Assembly (NCBI GenBank): GCA_035503455.1
Contig: DATJTK010000175.1
Span: 2,460-66,459 of the forward strand
Source: Candidatus Sulfotelmatobacter sp.
Lineage (GTDB): Bacteria; Verrucomicrobiota; Verrucomicrobiia; Limisphaerales; UBA11358
Direction: 5' to 3'
Length of the DNA: 64,000 nucleotides
Of the stretch, positions 27,105-36,587 are shown piece by piece (within the stretch, counting starts at the first letter, position 1; every line of letters begins with the position of its first letter). The position numbers and the translations under genes are program-made. A model generated the notes under the pieces. The model saw nothing but the letters and a program-made list of their open reading frames with translations. It did no database searches and was not told where the DNA came from.

Positions 27105-29339
27105 TTACGGTGCCGGTGTGAGGTTGCCGGTAGAGCCTAGCGTACCCTCCGCCTGTTTCTTTCCCGCCCGGTCAAACACTACAACGTGGACATTTTTATA
27201 AATGTCATTGCCGGCGTAATTGCCCTCGGTTGTCCAACTCAATTGTCCGCTGGCGTCATTCCACTTGAACATGGTGGCGAGCATTTGTCCGTTCAAATAA
27301 TTGGTTGTCGTACCATCGTCTTCAACAAGCGTAAACGTCGCGTCTTTGCCCGGATAAATCTCCAGTTCCAGCGGACCACCGGGCATTTGGCTGGTGTGCT
27401 CAATGACCGGTCCCAACGGCAGAATGGTTCCAGCCCGGACATAGATGGGAATTTCATCCAATGCGGCTGTGACATGCATAGTTCGCCCGCCATTCACTGG
27501 GGTGTTGGATTCAAAGGGATACCATCGGCCGTGCGGAAGATAAACATCGCGCGCACCGCCGGGCTGCAAAACCGGCGCAGCCAGAAGCGACGGACCCATA
27601 AGCCATTCGTCAGACATGTTGGCCACCATCGAGTCGTTCGGAAATTCCATAATCAGCGGGCGCATGAGCGGAACACCTGTCTCGGACGTTTCGTGAGCCA
27701 GGCTGTAATAATAGGGAATCAGGCGGTAACGCAAATCGAGCGCTTTGCGGATGGCGTCCAGGGCGTCCGCGCCATAAAGCCAGGGAAACCTGGGCGTATC
27801 GTGCAATTCTGAATGGGACCGGATGACTGGGAAAAAGACGCCGGCTTCCATCCAGCGCGACAACAGTTCGGGAGTGGGATTGCCGAGGAAACCTCCGATA
27901 TCGCACGTTTCATATGGCAAGCCGGCCAGCGACCAATTCAACAGAGATGTCGGTGTCATTTGTAAAACAGACCAGGTGCTTTTGATATCTCCTGTCCATG
28001 CGGCCGCGCCCAGGCGTTGCAAACCGGGCGAAAAGGCACGGTTTAACGTCCATAACCGCGCGCCCGGGTGGTATCGCGCGAGCGCGTCTTTTTCGGTCAG
28101 GTTCCAATAATAGTACAGTGTGTATGCGGCTTCACCTTCGTCGTTCCACCAGCCGTCAACCCCGGCAGCCAGCAGCGGCGTCATTTGCGAGATATACCAT
28201 TCGCGAAAATCCGGGTTGGCAAAGTTCACATCACGCGATTCAAATTTATCCCGGCCCGTCACCCGGGCAAGGTCCCAATGATTATGTCGTATCATCGCCA
28301 GCGTGGCGGCATTGCCCATGCGCGGTTTGCGAATACCCACAAAATGCACGCCCTGGGCCTTGTACGCGGCGATTTGCTTTGCCGGCTCGGGAAAAAGCGC
28401 GGGGTTGAAGCTGAAGTCCTTGAAATCGGGCAAGCCAGACGACGGCAGAGTGTAATCAGGCGTCCTGGTGTACCATTCAAAATCGTAAATGAAGGCGTCC
28501 ACCGGCAGTTTGAATTGCTGAAATTTTGAAAGCGTATCTTCTATGTAAGCGCGATCGGCCCAGCCCCAGCGGCTTTGCAGATAACCAAACGCCCAGCGCG
28601 GCGGGACTGGGGCGCAGCCGGTCAATCGCGCATATTCTTTTGCGGCATCTTTCAAGGAGGCGGACGGCATCAGGAAAAGGCTCCCTTGTATGCCGGGAAA
28701 GGTCCATGTCACCGCGCCGCCATTTGTCGCGGCGGTCCAGTATGCAGGCCGATTGTCATCCGCCGTTACCGCGAGGACAGAGTAACCGGCATTCGACCAA
28801 TAGTAAGGAAGCACGGCCACGCCATTGCCGACATGCGTTTTTACATTGGACTGTTTGAGTGAGTTTACGCCGTTGCCGCTGCCATAGACATAGATGGGTT
28901 TATGCCCGGGCCAGCCGAGGTCGAGATTGACGGAGTCGGCTCCGTCCGTTGCATTGAAATTCCCGAGGGCATGCCGTGGAATCAATATCTTGCCGTCGCC
29001 GTTTTCCAGAGTCCATTCGCCGGTCGTCGGATTCATCAACAATTCACCGCCTGCCGTTTTAATCCCAACCATACGATGCCGTTTGACTTCATGCCAGGCG
29101 GTGAAGTTGGGATTTATAGTGTCCTTAAGAAAAGTCGAAGTCGAAATTTCCGACACGCCGTCCGGGTAGGCGTCCAATCGGAATATGTTTGTGTCAATGG
29201 CGACCAACTCCACTTGAGGTTCGCCGAGGCTAATCTTCAGACCATAGGGCAATTGTTGAACATCCTCCGGCGCGCATAAGGCGGGTAGTGCCATCGCAAC
29301 GGCGAATAAACAGATGCTGAGCGATTTCAGGAATTTCAT
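27105..29339 (-). CDS. Glycoside hydrolase family 31 (alpha-glucosidase/alpha-xylosidase type), secreted
   Basis: Signal peptide; GVDGWWNDEGE (GH31 nucleophile-region-like); IRSHSE...PRFPW. Confidence 0.85.
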   Translation of the reverse strand: MKFLKSLSICLFAVAMALPALCAPEDVQQLPYGLKISLGEPQVELVAIDTNIFRLDAYPDGVSEISTSTFLKDTINPNFTAWHEVKRHRMVGIKTAGGELLMNPTTGEWTLENGDGKILIPRHALGNFNATDGADSVNLDLGWPGHKPIYVYGSGNGVNSLKQSNVKTHVGNGVAVLPYYWSNAGYSVLAVTADDNRPAYWTAATNGGAVTWTFPGIQGSLFLMPSASLKDAAKEYARLTGCAPVPPRWAFGYLQSRWGWADRAYIEDTLSKFQQFKLPVDAFIYDFEWYTRTPDYTLPSSGLPDFKDFSFNPALFPEPAKQIAAYKAQGVHFVGIRKPRMGNAATLAMIRHNHWDLARVTGRDKFESRDVNFANPDFREWYISQMTPLLAAGVDGWWNDEGEAAYTLYYYWNLTEKDALARYHPGARLWTLNRAFSPGLQRLGAAAWTGDIKSTWSVLQMTPTSLLNWSLAGLPYETCDIGGFLGNPTPELLSRWMEAGVFFPVIRSHSELHDTPRFPWLYGADALDAIRKALDLRYRLIPYYYSLAHETSETGVPLMRPLIMEFPNDSMVANMSDEWLMGPSLLAAPVLQPGGARDVYLPHGRWYPFESNTPVNGGRTMHVTAALDEIPIYVRAGTILPLGPVIEHTSQMPGGPLELEIYPGKDATFTLVEDDGTTTNYLNGQMLATMFKWNDASGQLSWTTEGNYAGNDIYKNVHVVVFDRAGKKQAEGTLGSTGNLTPAP

Positions 29340-29341
29340 TT

Positions 29342-31639
29342 TCAGTTTGTTTCCAATGTTACCTCCGCCGGGAGCACCGTGTTTCCCTCGATGTTTTGGG
29401 AGAAAATGCGCGAGTCAACGCTCACTTCGATTTCAAAATATCCACTGGCGGCATCGTAGTTTAAAAGTCGGGCCTGACCGGATTGCGCGGTTACCTTCGG
29501 AGCGCGGTCCGCATAGCCGTGAAGAACCACCGAAGTCTCCGGCGGTGCAAACAGGACGCCCACGGTCAGCATGCCTCTTTTGTCTTTTAGCGACCCAATG
29601 CGTTCTTTGCCGGTCGAAACGAATTTCCCCTTGTCTCCAAGAAAGGCGATCCCGCTCTTGCCATACGGCGCGACGATATAAAAGGCCGTGCCATCCGTTC
29701 CCAACGACGCTGAAACCGCATCGCCGGACTTCAGGTGCCAGCCAGTTCCCGTGAAATAGTTGTACACGCAAGTAGGACCATCAAAGCCGAGTTCGGCAGG
29801 CGTGAAGCTGAATTGCTCATCGTCTGACTTTGAGCGGTTAAATGCAAAGACATAAGCCGTTTTGAGGCCGTTGTGGTCGGTATACGCCGCGGCGATCAAT
29901 GGCGCGTGTTCCTGCCGCGCATCGGCTATGTAACATTGGTCTAGCGGCAATGCCGGCACGTCAGGCTTGACGATGACACCATCGGCGCGGACCGCCTGAA
30001 AAATATTGTTCTTATTTTCCGTACCAACTTCATCCCCGATTCCGACCGGGCCGGCGGATAAAGTGGACAACAGCACGTTATTCGTTTCCGTGCTCCGATA
30101 AACATCCGCCCACGGCCAGATGCCCATCGAAACTGCAAGGCGCGACACGTAGAGGAAGCCGTTATATCGCGCCGGACAAAACCCGTCGTCGCTCACCCGA
30201 ATGGTCGTGAGGTTTGGATATCGGCTGCCTTGAAGAAAATAGCAGGGATACGGCATGCAGTATTGCATGGTCATTTTCTGCGCGGCGCACGCGCTCGCCA
30301 TGTCGTCGAGAAAAGTATCCGCGGTATCCACGGTGCCGCTGAAATCCGGAGAGTATTTGTAAATGCGGTCCAGCCAATCCTGTTCGTATGTGGTGACGCC
30401 GCTGCTCTTAAGGTAGCTGGCGACGTTGTTCCACCAATTCAGGTCCACGGCGGCGACTCCGGAAATTTTGTAGCCATCATGGTACGGGCTGGCGGGATCA
30501 ATCCAGCGGTTATGCGTTACCAGGGGCAGGTTGACGGATTGTTGAAACGCCGCCAGGCCATTTGGAAACACCGCGGGATGCGCCTTGTATTCCAGCAAGC
30601 CGCCGTAACGGTTCCATTCTCCTTCCGGCAATTTCGGCACTTTAGTGCTGCCCATTTTTCCATCCGGCCCCATGAACGACTTGTAATACCACCAGCTATC
30701 CAACTGCAAATAGTGGATGGGAATCTGTTCCTGCCGATAGTGCGCCACCAGAGATTGAAGTGTGCCGGCGTAACCTTTGTCCAAATCGTAGTTGTAGTAA
30801 TAATACGCAAAATTGTCCGTCCAATATCCCAGGTATTTCAAAACGGTGTCCGACTCGCTGTCCGGGCGTTTGAGATTTTGCAAGGCCAGCAATGATTTGC
30901 CCCACAAATCCCACGCGTGATTGATTCCCTTGTTAAACACAAGAATCGTCTGCTGTGAAAACCCGGCGGGCAGATTGCGAAGCGCGTCGTTCAATCCGCT
31001 GGCAATTGTCTGTTGGCCGTCCCCGCTCATGGCGGCGACCATGAAATGCGATGCCGGCGAAATGACCATGGCATCGTCTGCATCGTCAAACAAAAGCCAT
31101 GGCGTGGAACAATCGCTGGCGGCAAATCGCGGCGGGGCGAACGTTTTCTCCTGATAACTGAAAACGTGCAAATCGTGAGGCACACCGTCAAAGGAAGGAA
31201 ACGGCTTGGGCGGCGTCTCGGTTGCGCTTTCACAAGTTTCGGAAAAAATGACGGCTGGAGTTTTTTCGTAAAGCCGGATGCTTCCGTCCATGGGCGCCGT
31301 CCCGTCCGTCGATGAAAATGAGATTTCGCGGTAAGAGCCGAGGCCGTCGTTCCCGTGCGCCGTTTTCAGGTTCGACAGCGGCTGCCCGATCGATCCGCTG
31401 AATGTCCACGCCGGATGCGTTTGACGAACGCTGTAGGCGCCGTTGCCGCCATCCACACCGATCGCCAAATGGTTGCGGCCCGTGTATGACGTGTTTATGT
31501 AAAAGGTATCAGCGGCTGCGGCCTGGCGCGGCACTGTGATGCACGCAGCCAGTGCCAGTAAAGCGACGAACGTTTGTCCGGTCTTTTTTTTCAAAAAATG
31601 AGTCTCGCCGTTTAAATGGTCAATGTTGTGCGGTCCCAA
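29342..31639 (-). CDS. Secreted putative glycoside hydrolase of unassigned family
   Basis: Signal-like KKKTGQTFVALLALAACITVPRQAAAA. Motifs IHYLQLDSWWY and TYEQDWLD resemble clan GH-D DDGW / KxD signatures. Only 2 nt from the GH31 gene. TTG start is uncertain. Confidence 0.75.
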   Translation of the reverse strand: MGPHNIDHLNGETHFLKKKTGQTFVALLALAACITVPRQAAAADTFYINTSYTGRNHLAIGVDGGNGAYSVRQTHPAWTFSGSIGQPLSNLKTAHGNDGLGSYREISFSSTDGTAPMDGSIRLYEKTPAVIFSETCESATETPPKPFPSFDGVPHDLHVFSYQEKTFAPPRFAASDCSTPWLLFDDADDAMVISPASHFMVAAMSGDGQQTIASGLNDALRNLPAGFSQQTILVFNKGINHAWDLWGKSLLALQNLKRPDSESDTVLKYLGYWTDNFAYYYYNYDLDKGYAGTLQSLVAHYRQEQIPIHYLQLDSWWYYKSFMGPDGKMGSTKVPKLPEGEWNRYGGLLEYKAHPAVFPNGLAAFQQSVNLPLVTHNRWIDPASPYHDGYKISGVAAVDLNWWNNVASYLKSSGVTTYEQDWLDRIYKYSPDFSGTVDTADTFLDDMASACAAQKMTMQYCMPYPCYFLQGSRYPNLTTIRVSDDGFCPARYNGFLYVSRLAVSMGIWPWADVYRSTETNNVLLSTLSAGPVGIGDEVGTENKNNIFQAVRADGVIVKPDVPALPLDQCYIADARQEHAPLIAAAYTDHNGLKTAYVFAFNRSKSDDEQFSFTPAELGFDGPTCVYNYFTGTGWHLKSGDAVSASLGTDGTAFYIVAPYGKSGIAFLGDKGKFVSTGKERIGSLKDKRGMLTVGVLFAPPETSVVLHGYADRAPKVTAQSGQARLLNYDAASGYFEIEVSVDSRIFSQNIEGNTVLPAEVTLETN

Positions 31640-31707
31640 ACATAGTTGAATATGGGCGAAGGATTCAAGGCGTCAAAAGCGACGAATTCCAACATCGAAC
31701 CTGGTAG

Positions 31708-31727
31708 GGCGGACGTGCCCGTCCGCC
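31708..31727. repeat. Hairpin ggcggacg-tgcc-cgtccgcc
   Basis: Perfect 8-bp stem in the divergent intergenic region. A tandem (aggttcg)x3 follows at about 31765-31785. Confidence 0.5.
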
Positions 31728-31834
31728 AGGCGAGCGCCCCCGGCGGTCGCGTTTCAAAACGTTCGAGGTTCGAGGTTCGATGTTTTAATTTGCCCCTAAA
31801 CACGCTGCGGATTAGCCTCGGCGCATCAGATGCA

Positions 31835-32596
31835 ATGAATGCCGTTGTCGAGACTGTCAATCTAACCCGCGACTTCGGGTCGTTGCGGGCTGTCGATGGC
31901 TTGAATCTGCGGGTCGAGGCCGGGCAATTTTACGGATTTTTGGGTCCAAACGGCGCAGGCAAATCCACCACCATCAAAATGCTCACCGGGCTGCTCGGAC
32001 CAACGGGCGGTTCCATCCATATTCTGGGCCAGGACATGGCCAATCCCAAACTCGCGCTGGACGTGAAACGGCGCATTGGCGTGGTCCCGGAAAATCTCGC
32101 GCTTTTTGACAACCTCACCGCCAGCGAATATCTCACATTTATCGGGCGCATGTATCTGCTGCCCGCCGACGTCGTGCGCCGTCGGCGCGACGAATTGCTG
32201 GCCATGATGGAACTGCCCACGGATGGCAAGAAGGTGACGCTCGAATTCTCGCACGGCATGAAAAAGAAATTGTCGCTGGCCGCGGCGCTGATCGCCAATC
32301 CCGAACTGCTCTTTTTGGACGAGCCGTTTGAAGGCGTGGATGCTGTGGCCTCACGTGTGCTCCGCGATACACTCAGGCAATGCGTCAGCCGTGGCGCGAC
32401 CGTTTTTCTCACGTCGCACGTTTTGGAAATCGTCGAAAAACTGTGCACGGATGTCGGCATCATTGCTGGCGGCCGGCTGGTCCATCAGGGCACAATGGAG
32501 GAATTGCGGCGCGACGGCTCTTCATTGGAAGACAAATTTCTCGCCGTGGTCGGTGAAGCGGGACATGAAAGTCAAAAACTAAGCTGGCTCGAATGA
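31835..32596 (+). CDS. ABC transporter ATP-binding protein (ABC-2/DrrA-like)
   Basis: Walker A GPNGAGKST, signature-like FSHGMKKKLSLA, Walker B LLFLDEPFEGVD. I prefer the ATG at 31835 (MNAVVETVNLTRDFG). Confidence 0.9.
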   Translation: MNAVVETVNLTRDFGSLRAVDGLNLRVEAGQFYGFLGPNGAGKSTTIKMLTGLLGPTGGSIHILGQDMANPKLALDVKRRIGVVPENLALFDNLTASEYLTFIGRMYLLPADVVRRRRDELLAMMELPTDGKKVTLEFSHGMKKKLSLAAALIANPELLFLDEPFEGVDAVASRVLRDTLRQCVSRGATVFLTSHVLEIVEKLCTDVGIIAGGRLVHQGTMEELRRDGSSLEDKFLAVVGEAGHESQKLSWLE

Positions 32597-34317
32597 ATTG
32601 GGAACAGATCAAAACCATTCTCTGGCTGCGTTGGCGGCTCATCTGCAATCAATCGCGGCGCAGTCACGGATTGGGGCTGGCGGTTTCCATTCTCATTGGC
32701 GTTGGCGCCGTCTTTTTCTCGTTAGGTTCATTCATTGGCGGTTTTTTCGGCGGGATGCTGGGACTGGGCGGCGCATCGCCAACCGCCATCTGGCTGACGT
32801 GGCTTATCTTTACTTTCGCGTTTCTTTTTTTCTGGGTGATCGGCCTGGTCACCGAACTGCAGCGTTCGGAAACCATTGATTTGCAAAAATTGATGCATCT
32901 GCCGGTTGCGCTGGGCCAGTTGTTCTTCATCAATTTTCTAGTGTCCCACTTTACCCTGAGCATCATCGTTGCCGTGCCGGCGATGCTCGGCCTGGGACTT
33001 GGACTGGCCATCGGGCGCGGCTTTGAAATGCTTCTTTTGATCCCGCTCGCCGCCAGCATGATTTTTATGATTTCGGCGTGGACCTATTGTTTCCGGGGCT
33101 GGATCGCCCAATTGATGACGAATCCGCGACGGCGTCGCACGGTCATCATGTGCCTCACCTTAGCGGTGGTTCTTCTGGGACAGGGGCCAAACTTGTATTT
33201 CAATGTTTTCGGCCGTTACCATCGTCATTCAGACCAAATGAGCCCCGGCGCGCAGACCCAGCTCATGGACCGTCTTCTGGTCGCGGAAGAATACATTCCG
33301 CCACTGTGGCTTCCGTGCGGCGCCCGCCCGCTGGCCATGGGCAACCCGGTGCCGGCTCTCCTGGGAACTCTCGGTTGTCTTGCCATTGGCGCGCTTGGCC
33401 TGCGCCGCGCTTATCGCAGCACTATCCGTTTTTATCACGGCGAAATTGGCGGCAAAGCAGCCGCAAAAATCAAAATTCCGGGCGGCAAAGCAATGGCTGC
33501 GCCCGGGACGAATCAAAATGCCGGCTTGCTTGAACTGCGCCTGCCGTATGTTCCCGAACAAGCCGCCGCGCTGGCATTGGCCACGTTTCGCTCAATGTTG
33601 CGCGCGCCGGAAGTAAAAATGGCATTGGCCGCCGTGTTCATCCTCCCCGTGATTGCCGCGGCCACGTTTGTTTTTCGCGGTCCCGCGCATATTCCCGAGG
33701 GCTTGAAAGCATTTGCGGCCACCGGCGCGGCCGTATTGCCCACGTTAATGTTAATCCAATTCCTCGCAAACCAGTTCGGTTACGATCGCGATGGGTTCCG
33801 TGCCCTGATGCTTTCCCCGGCGGACAGGCGCTTTATCCTGCTTGGCAAAAACCTGGCCTGTCTGCCCGTCGGCATTTTTCCCGGCTTTCTTTTGCTCGGG
33901 TTGATTTGCATTCCGCTTCGGTTGTCGCCGCTGACCGTTATCGCCACGTTGTTTCAACTCTTAACGCTGTTCCTCACCGTCAGCACGGTGGGAAACCTGA
34001 TCTCGATCCTCGCCCCGCAACACATCGTGCCGGGCTCATTGCGTCCGACCAGGCCAAAACTCCAAATCGTTCTGTTGATGCTGGCCCTGCAAATGATTTT
34101 GATGGCGGCCATGACCCCGATATTTTTGCCTGCGCTTTCGGAATTGGTGTGGCGCAGCAACAGCCTGCCGGATTTAGTTCCGGTGAACCTCATTCTTTCC
34201 GTAGCTCTCTGTGCTGTCATGGTCCTGGTTTATTGGCAAACGCTCAATCCCCTGAGCCGTCTGCTGCAAAAACGCGAAACCAAAATCCTGGAAAGCGTGA
34301 CCGCAGAAGTGGAATGA
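32593..34317 (+). CDS. Polytopic ABC exporter permease (putative ABC-exporter family)
   Basis: ATGA overlap with the ATPase gene. At least 10 hydrophobic segments. Basic N-terminus WLRWRLICNQSRR. Confidence 0.8.
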   Translation: MNWEQIKTILWLRWRLICNQSRRSHGLGLAVSILIGVGAVFFSLGSFIGGFFGGMLGLGGASPTAIWLTWLIFTFAFLFFWVIGLVTELQRSETIDLQKLMHLPVALGQLFFINFLVSHFTLSIIVAVPAMLGLGLGLAIGRGFEMLLLIPLAASMIFMISAWTYCFRGWIAQLMTNPRRRRTVIMCLTLAVVLLGQGPNLYFNVFGRYHRHSDQMSPGAQTQLMDRLLVAEEYIPPLWLPCGARPLAMGNPVPALLGTLGCLAIGALGLRRAYRSTIRFYHGEIGGKAAAKIKIPGGKAMAAPGTNQNAGLLELRLPYVPEQAAALALATFRSMLRAPEVKMALAAVFILPVIAAATFVFRGPAHIPEGLKAFAATGAAVLPTLMLIQFLANQFGYDRDGFRALMLSPADRRFILLGKNLACLPVGIFPGFLLLGLICIPLRLSPLTVIATLFQLLTLFLTVSTVGNLISILAPQHIVPGSLRPTRPKLQIVLLMLALQMILMAAMTPIFLPALSELVWRSNSLPDLVPVNLILSVALCAVMVLVYWQTLNPLSRLLQKRETKILESVTAEVE

Positions 34318-34331
34318 GTCGCTTTTTTAGC

Positions 34332-34907
34332 CGTCTTTTACGCGGATGGCATTGGCGACGCTGCCCTCCATCTCCGCAGGAGAGCGCAATACTTGTAGTA
34401 AAAGGTCCCCCAAAAGATTTCCCAAAAAATGAAATCGAAAAATTTCTGTCCCTAAATCCCCGCGCCAACATTGAACTTTTTTGGGGTTCCAAATGTAGTT
34501 CTTGTGCTGCCCCGTACATCTGAGAAATTCGAATTGTATCAAAGTCAAAATATGGAAACGGAGAATTCATCAGACGCCGGGCTATTCCTCAAGATCCTCA
34601 CCCTTGTATCCCTTGCGTCCCTCACGTTGCGTATGCCGTTTATGGCACTCATGGTACTCATGGCACTCGTGGCACTCACAACTCCCCTGCAATTGTCCCC
34701 ACATTCCGCCTTGATGGGGGGACAGTTCGCTGAAACGCCTTCAAAAACCCATATTTTATGTCCATCTCTTACGCCGATGGCATTGGCCAGGCCGTTTTTT
34801 TCGGTGATTTGGAGCGCTTTTGGCGAAAAAACCGTGTTTAAAATTCATTTTTTTGACCATCGAAAGGGACAATTCCTGCTTTGCCAATGCCAATGGCGTA
34901 AAAGACG
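34332..34907. repeat. AT-rich ~0.58-kb segment bounded by 27-nt inverted repeats (23/27), with a third direct copy inside
   Basis: cgtcttttacgcggatggcattggcga (34332-58). Its reverse-complement match is at 34881-34907. A direct copy catctcttacgccgatggcattggcca is at 34763-89. The core is a tandem (A)TTGGC hexamer. Confidence 0.7.
34601..34677 (+). repeat. Two adjoining 9-bp-period arrays: (CCCTNNNGT)x3 at 34601-27 and (ATGGCACTC)x4 at 34642-77
   Basis: Read directly: cccttgtat cccttgcgt ccctcacgt ... atggcactc atggtactc atggcactc gtggcactc. Confidence 0.8.
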
Positions 34908-34991
34908 TCTGTATTATTTTGTTCTGTTTAGGTGACACTGCATATTCCGGACAAATGGTGACAGTAATAGGTCTTTTTTCGGAAAAATCTC

Positions 34992-35020
34992 TAGACTCTT
35001 GCGCAGCCGCAAGTGATAAT
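34992..35020 (+). promoter_or_regulatory. Candidate promoter for the NRPS gene (TAGACT-17 nt-GATAAT)
   Basis: Pattern match only, about 50 nt upstream of the ATG at 35073. AAGGA lies 9 nt before the ATG as a likely RBS. Confidence 0.25.
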
Positions 35021-35072
35021 CATGATACTCAATTCGGAAGTTTTTTTAGGTTTACCCTAAGGATATTCGTAA

Positions 35073-36587
35073 ATGGGACCTGAAGCGCAAACAATATTAA
35101 GCTTAATTGATTGGAAAGCTGGTTCCGAGCCTGATCGGCCATTCCTGATCAGCCCGGAGACGGAGCGCGTGCTTACCTTCAAGGGATTGCAACAGCAGGC
35201 GGCAAAGTTGTGCGCACAGTTACGGCAACTGGGTCTGGCTCCGGGCGACAAGGTTGCGTTCCTTCTGGATAACGGTTTGTTCACGGCTGAACTATTCCTT
35301 GGCACGATGTACGGGGGTTTTGTGTCGGTCCCGCTTAATGTCCGCGCCGGCGCCTCTCAATTGGCCTACACCCTGGATCATTCGGATGCGAAAGTCGTGT
35401 TTGCGGGCGGTGAATACCAGAACCTGGTCAAGGAAATCCTGGTTCACGTTCCACGGTCGATAACGGTCATTCCTTGCGACGCCGACAATGGCCCTGTAAA
35501 TCTGCCTGAATCAGCCGCCAAAGAAGAAGCGCCGCCGATTAAACCGGAGGACGTCGCGCTATTGATGTACACTTCCGGCAGCACGGGCCAGCCAAAAGGA
35601 GGGGTCCATACCCACAAATCGTTGTTTGCCCATGGCCGGAATTCTGTTTTGGCTCACAAACTGACGGCCGCGGACCGGTCTCTTTTGGTTCTTCCCCTGT
35701 ATCACATCAACGCGGAATGTGTGACTCTGGTCCCGACGCTCCTCAGCGGCGGCTCGATTGTCGTGCCGCATCACTTCAACGCCAGCCGGTTTTGGGATTG
35801 GATGGATGACCATCGCTGCACATGGTCGGCCATGGTGCCGACGATTGTCTCGCAACTCCTGGACTGGAAAGATCCAAAGGCGGGCAGCCGCGCCGCCGCG
35901 TTCAAACGCATCCGCTTTTTGCGCTCCTCTTCAGCGCCGCTTTCGCCGTCGCTGCACCGGGAATTTCTGGACAAATTCAAGTTGCCTCTCATCCAGGCCA
36001 TGGGATGCACGGAATTGGGCAACGTCTTCTCAAATCCGGTTCCCCCGGGCACGAACAAAATTGGTTCGCCGGGTTTGCCCTGGGGCATCGAAGCCAGGAT
36101 CGTCAATCGCGACGGTGTTCAGGTGCCCGATGGAGAGCCCGGAGAGATATTGCTGCGCGGGGACGCCATGATGCAGGGTTATTACAAAGATCCGGTGGGA
36201 ACGGCTGCGGCCGTGGACGCAGACGGCTGGCTGCACACGGGCGATTTGGCGTATCGGGACCCGGACGGTTACTTTTTTGTCGTTGGCCGCTCGAAGGAAT
36301 TAATCATCAAAGGCGGAATGAATATCGCGCCGCGCCAGATCGATGAAGTTCTGGAGGCGCATCCGGCTGTGTTGGAAGCAGCGGCTGTGGGTGTTCCCGA
36401 CCGGTATGTGGGGGAAGACGTCGTGGCTTTTGCCGTCCTGCGGGAGGGAATGAGGTGCGAGGAAAAGGAACTGCTTCAATTTTGCGAGGGCCGTTTGGGC
36501 CACTTTAAGACGCCCACGCGCATTTATTTTGTCCAGGATCTCCCCAAAGGCCCCTCCGGAAAGGTCCAGCGGCTGCGCTTGGTCGAA
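35073..36587 (+). other. NRPS domain A1: ANL-superfamily carboxylic-acid-type adenylation domain
   Basis: LMYTSGSTGQPKGG; LPLYHINAE in place of an FDxS motif; GCTELG; TGDLAYRDPDGYFFVVGRSKELIIKGGMNIAPRQIDE; PSGK (Lys497, 36561-63). Confidence 0.8.

Noticed and set aside
31765-31785. tRNA T-arm-like GGTTCGAGGTTCGAGGTTCGA
   Set aside because: This is a tandem heptamer, not a T-loop. No acceptor, D or anticodon stems can be drawn around it. I found no tRNA elsewhere in the window.
34601-34677. CRISPR-like array (this one and the 8-10-bp arrays at 9222-9315, 21960-21991 and 50909-51391)
   Set aside because: The units are 8-10 bp with no spacers of 25-40 bp. No cas genes are present in the window.
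34471-34935. 154-aa ORF in the NRPS upstream spacer
   Set aside because: It is AT-rich relative to all confident genes, is built largely from the 9-bp arrays and the 27-nt repeats, and has no motif. I kept it only as a low-probability small-membrane-peptide possibility in the findings.
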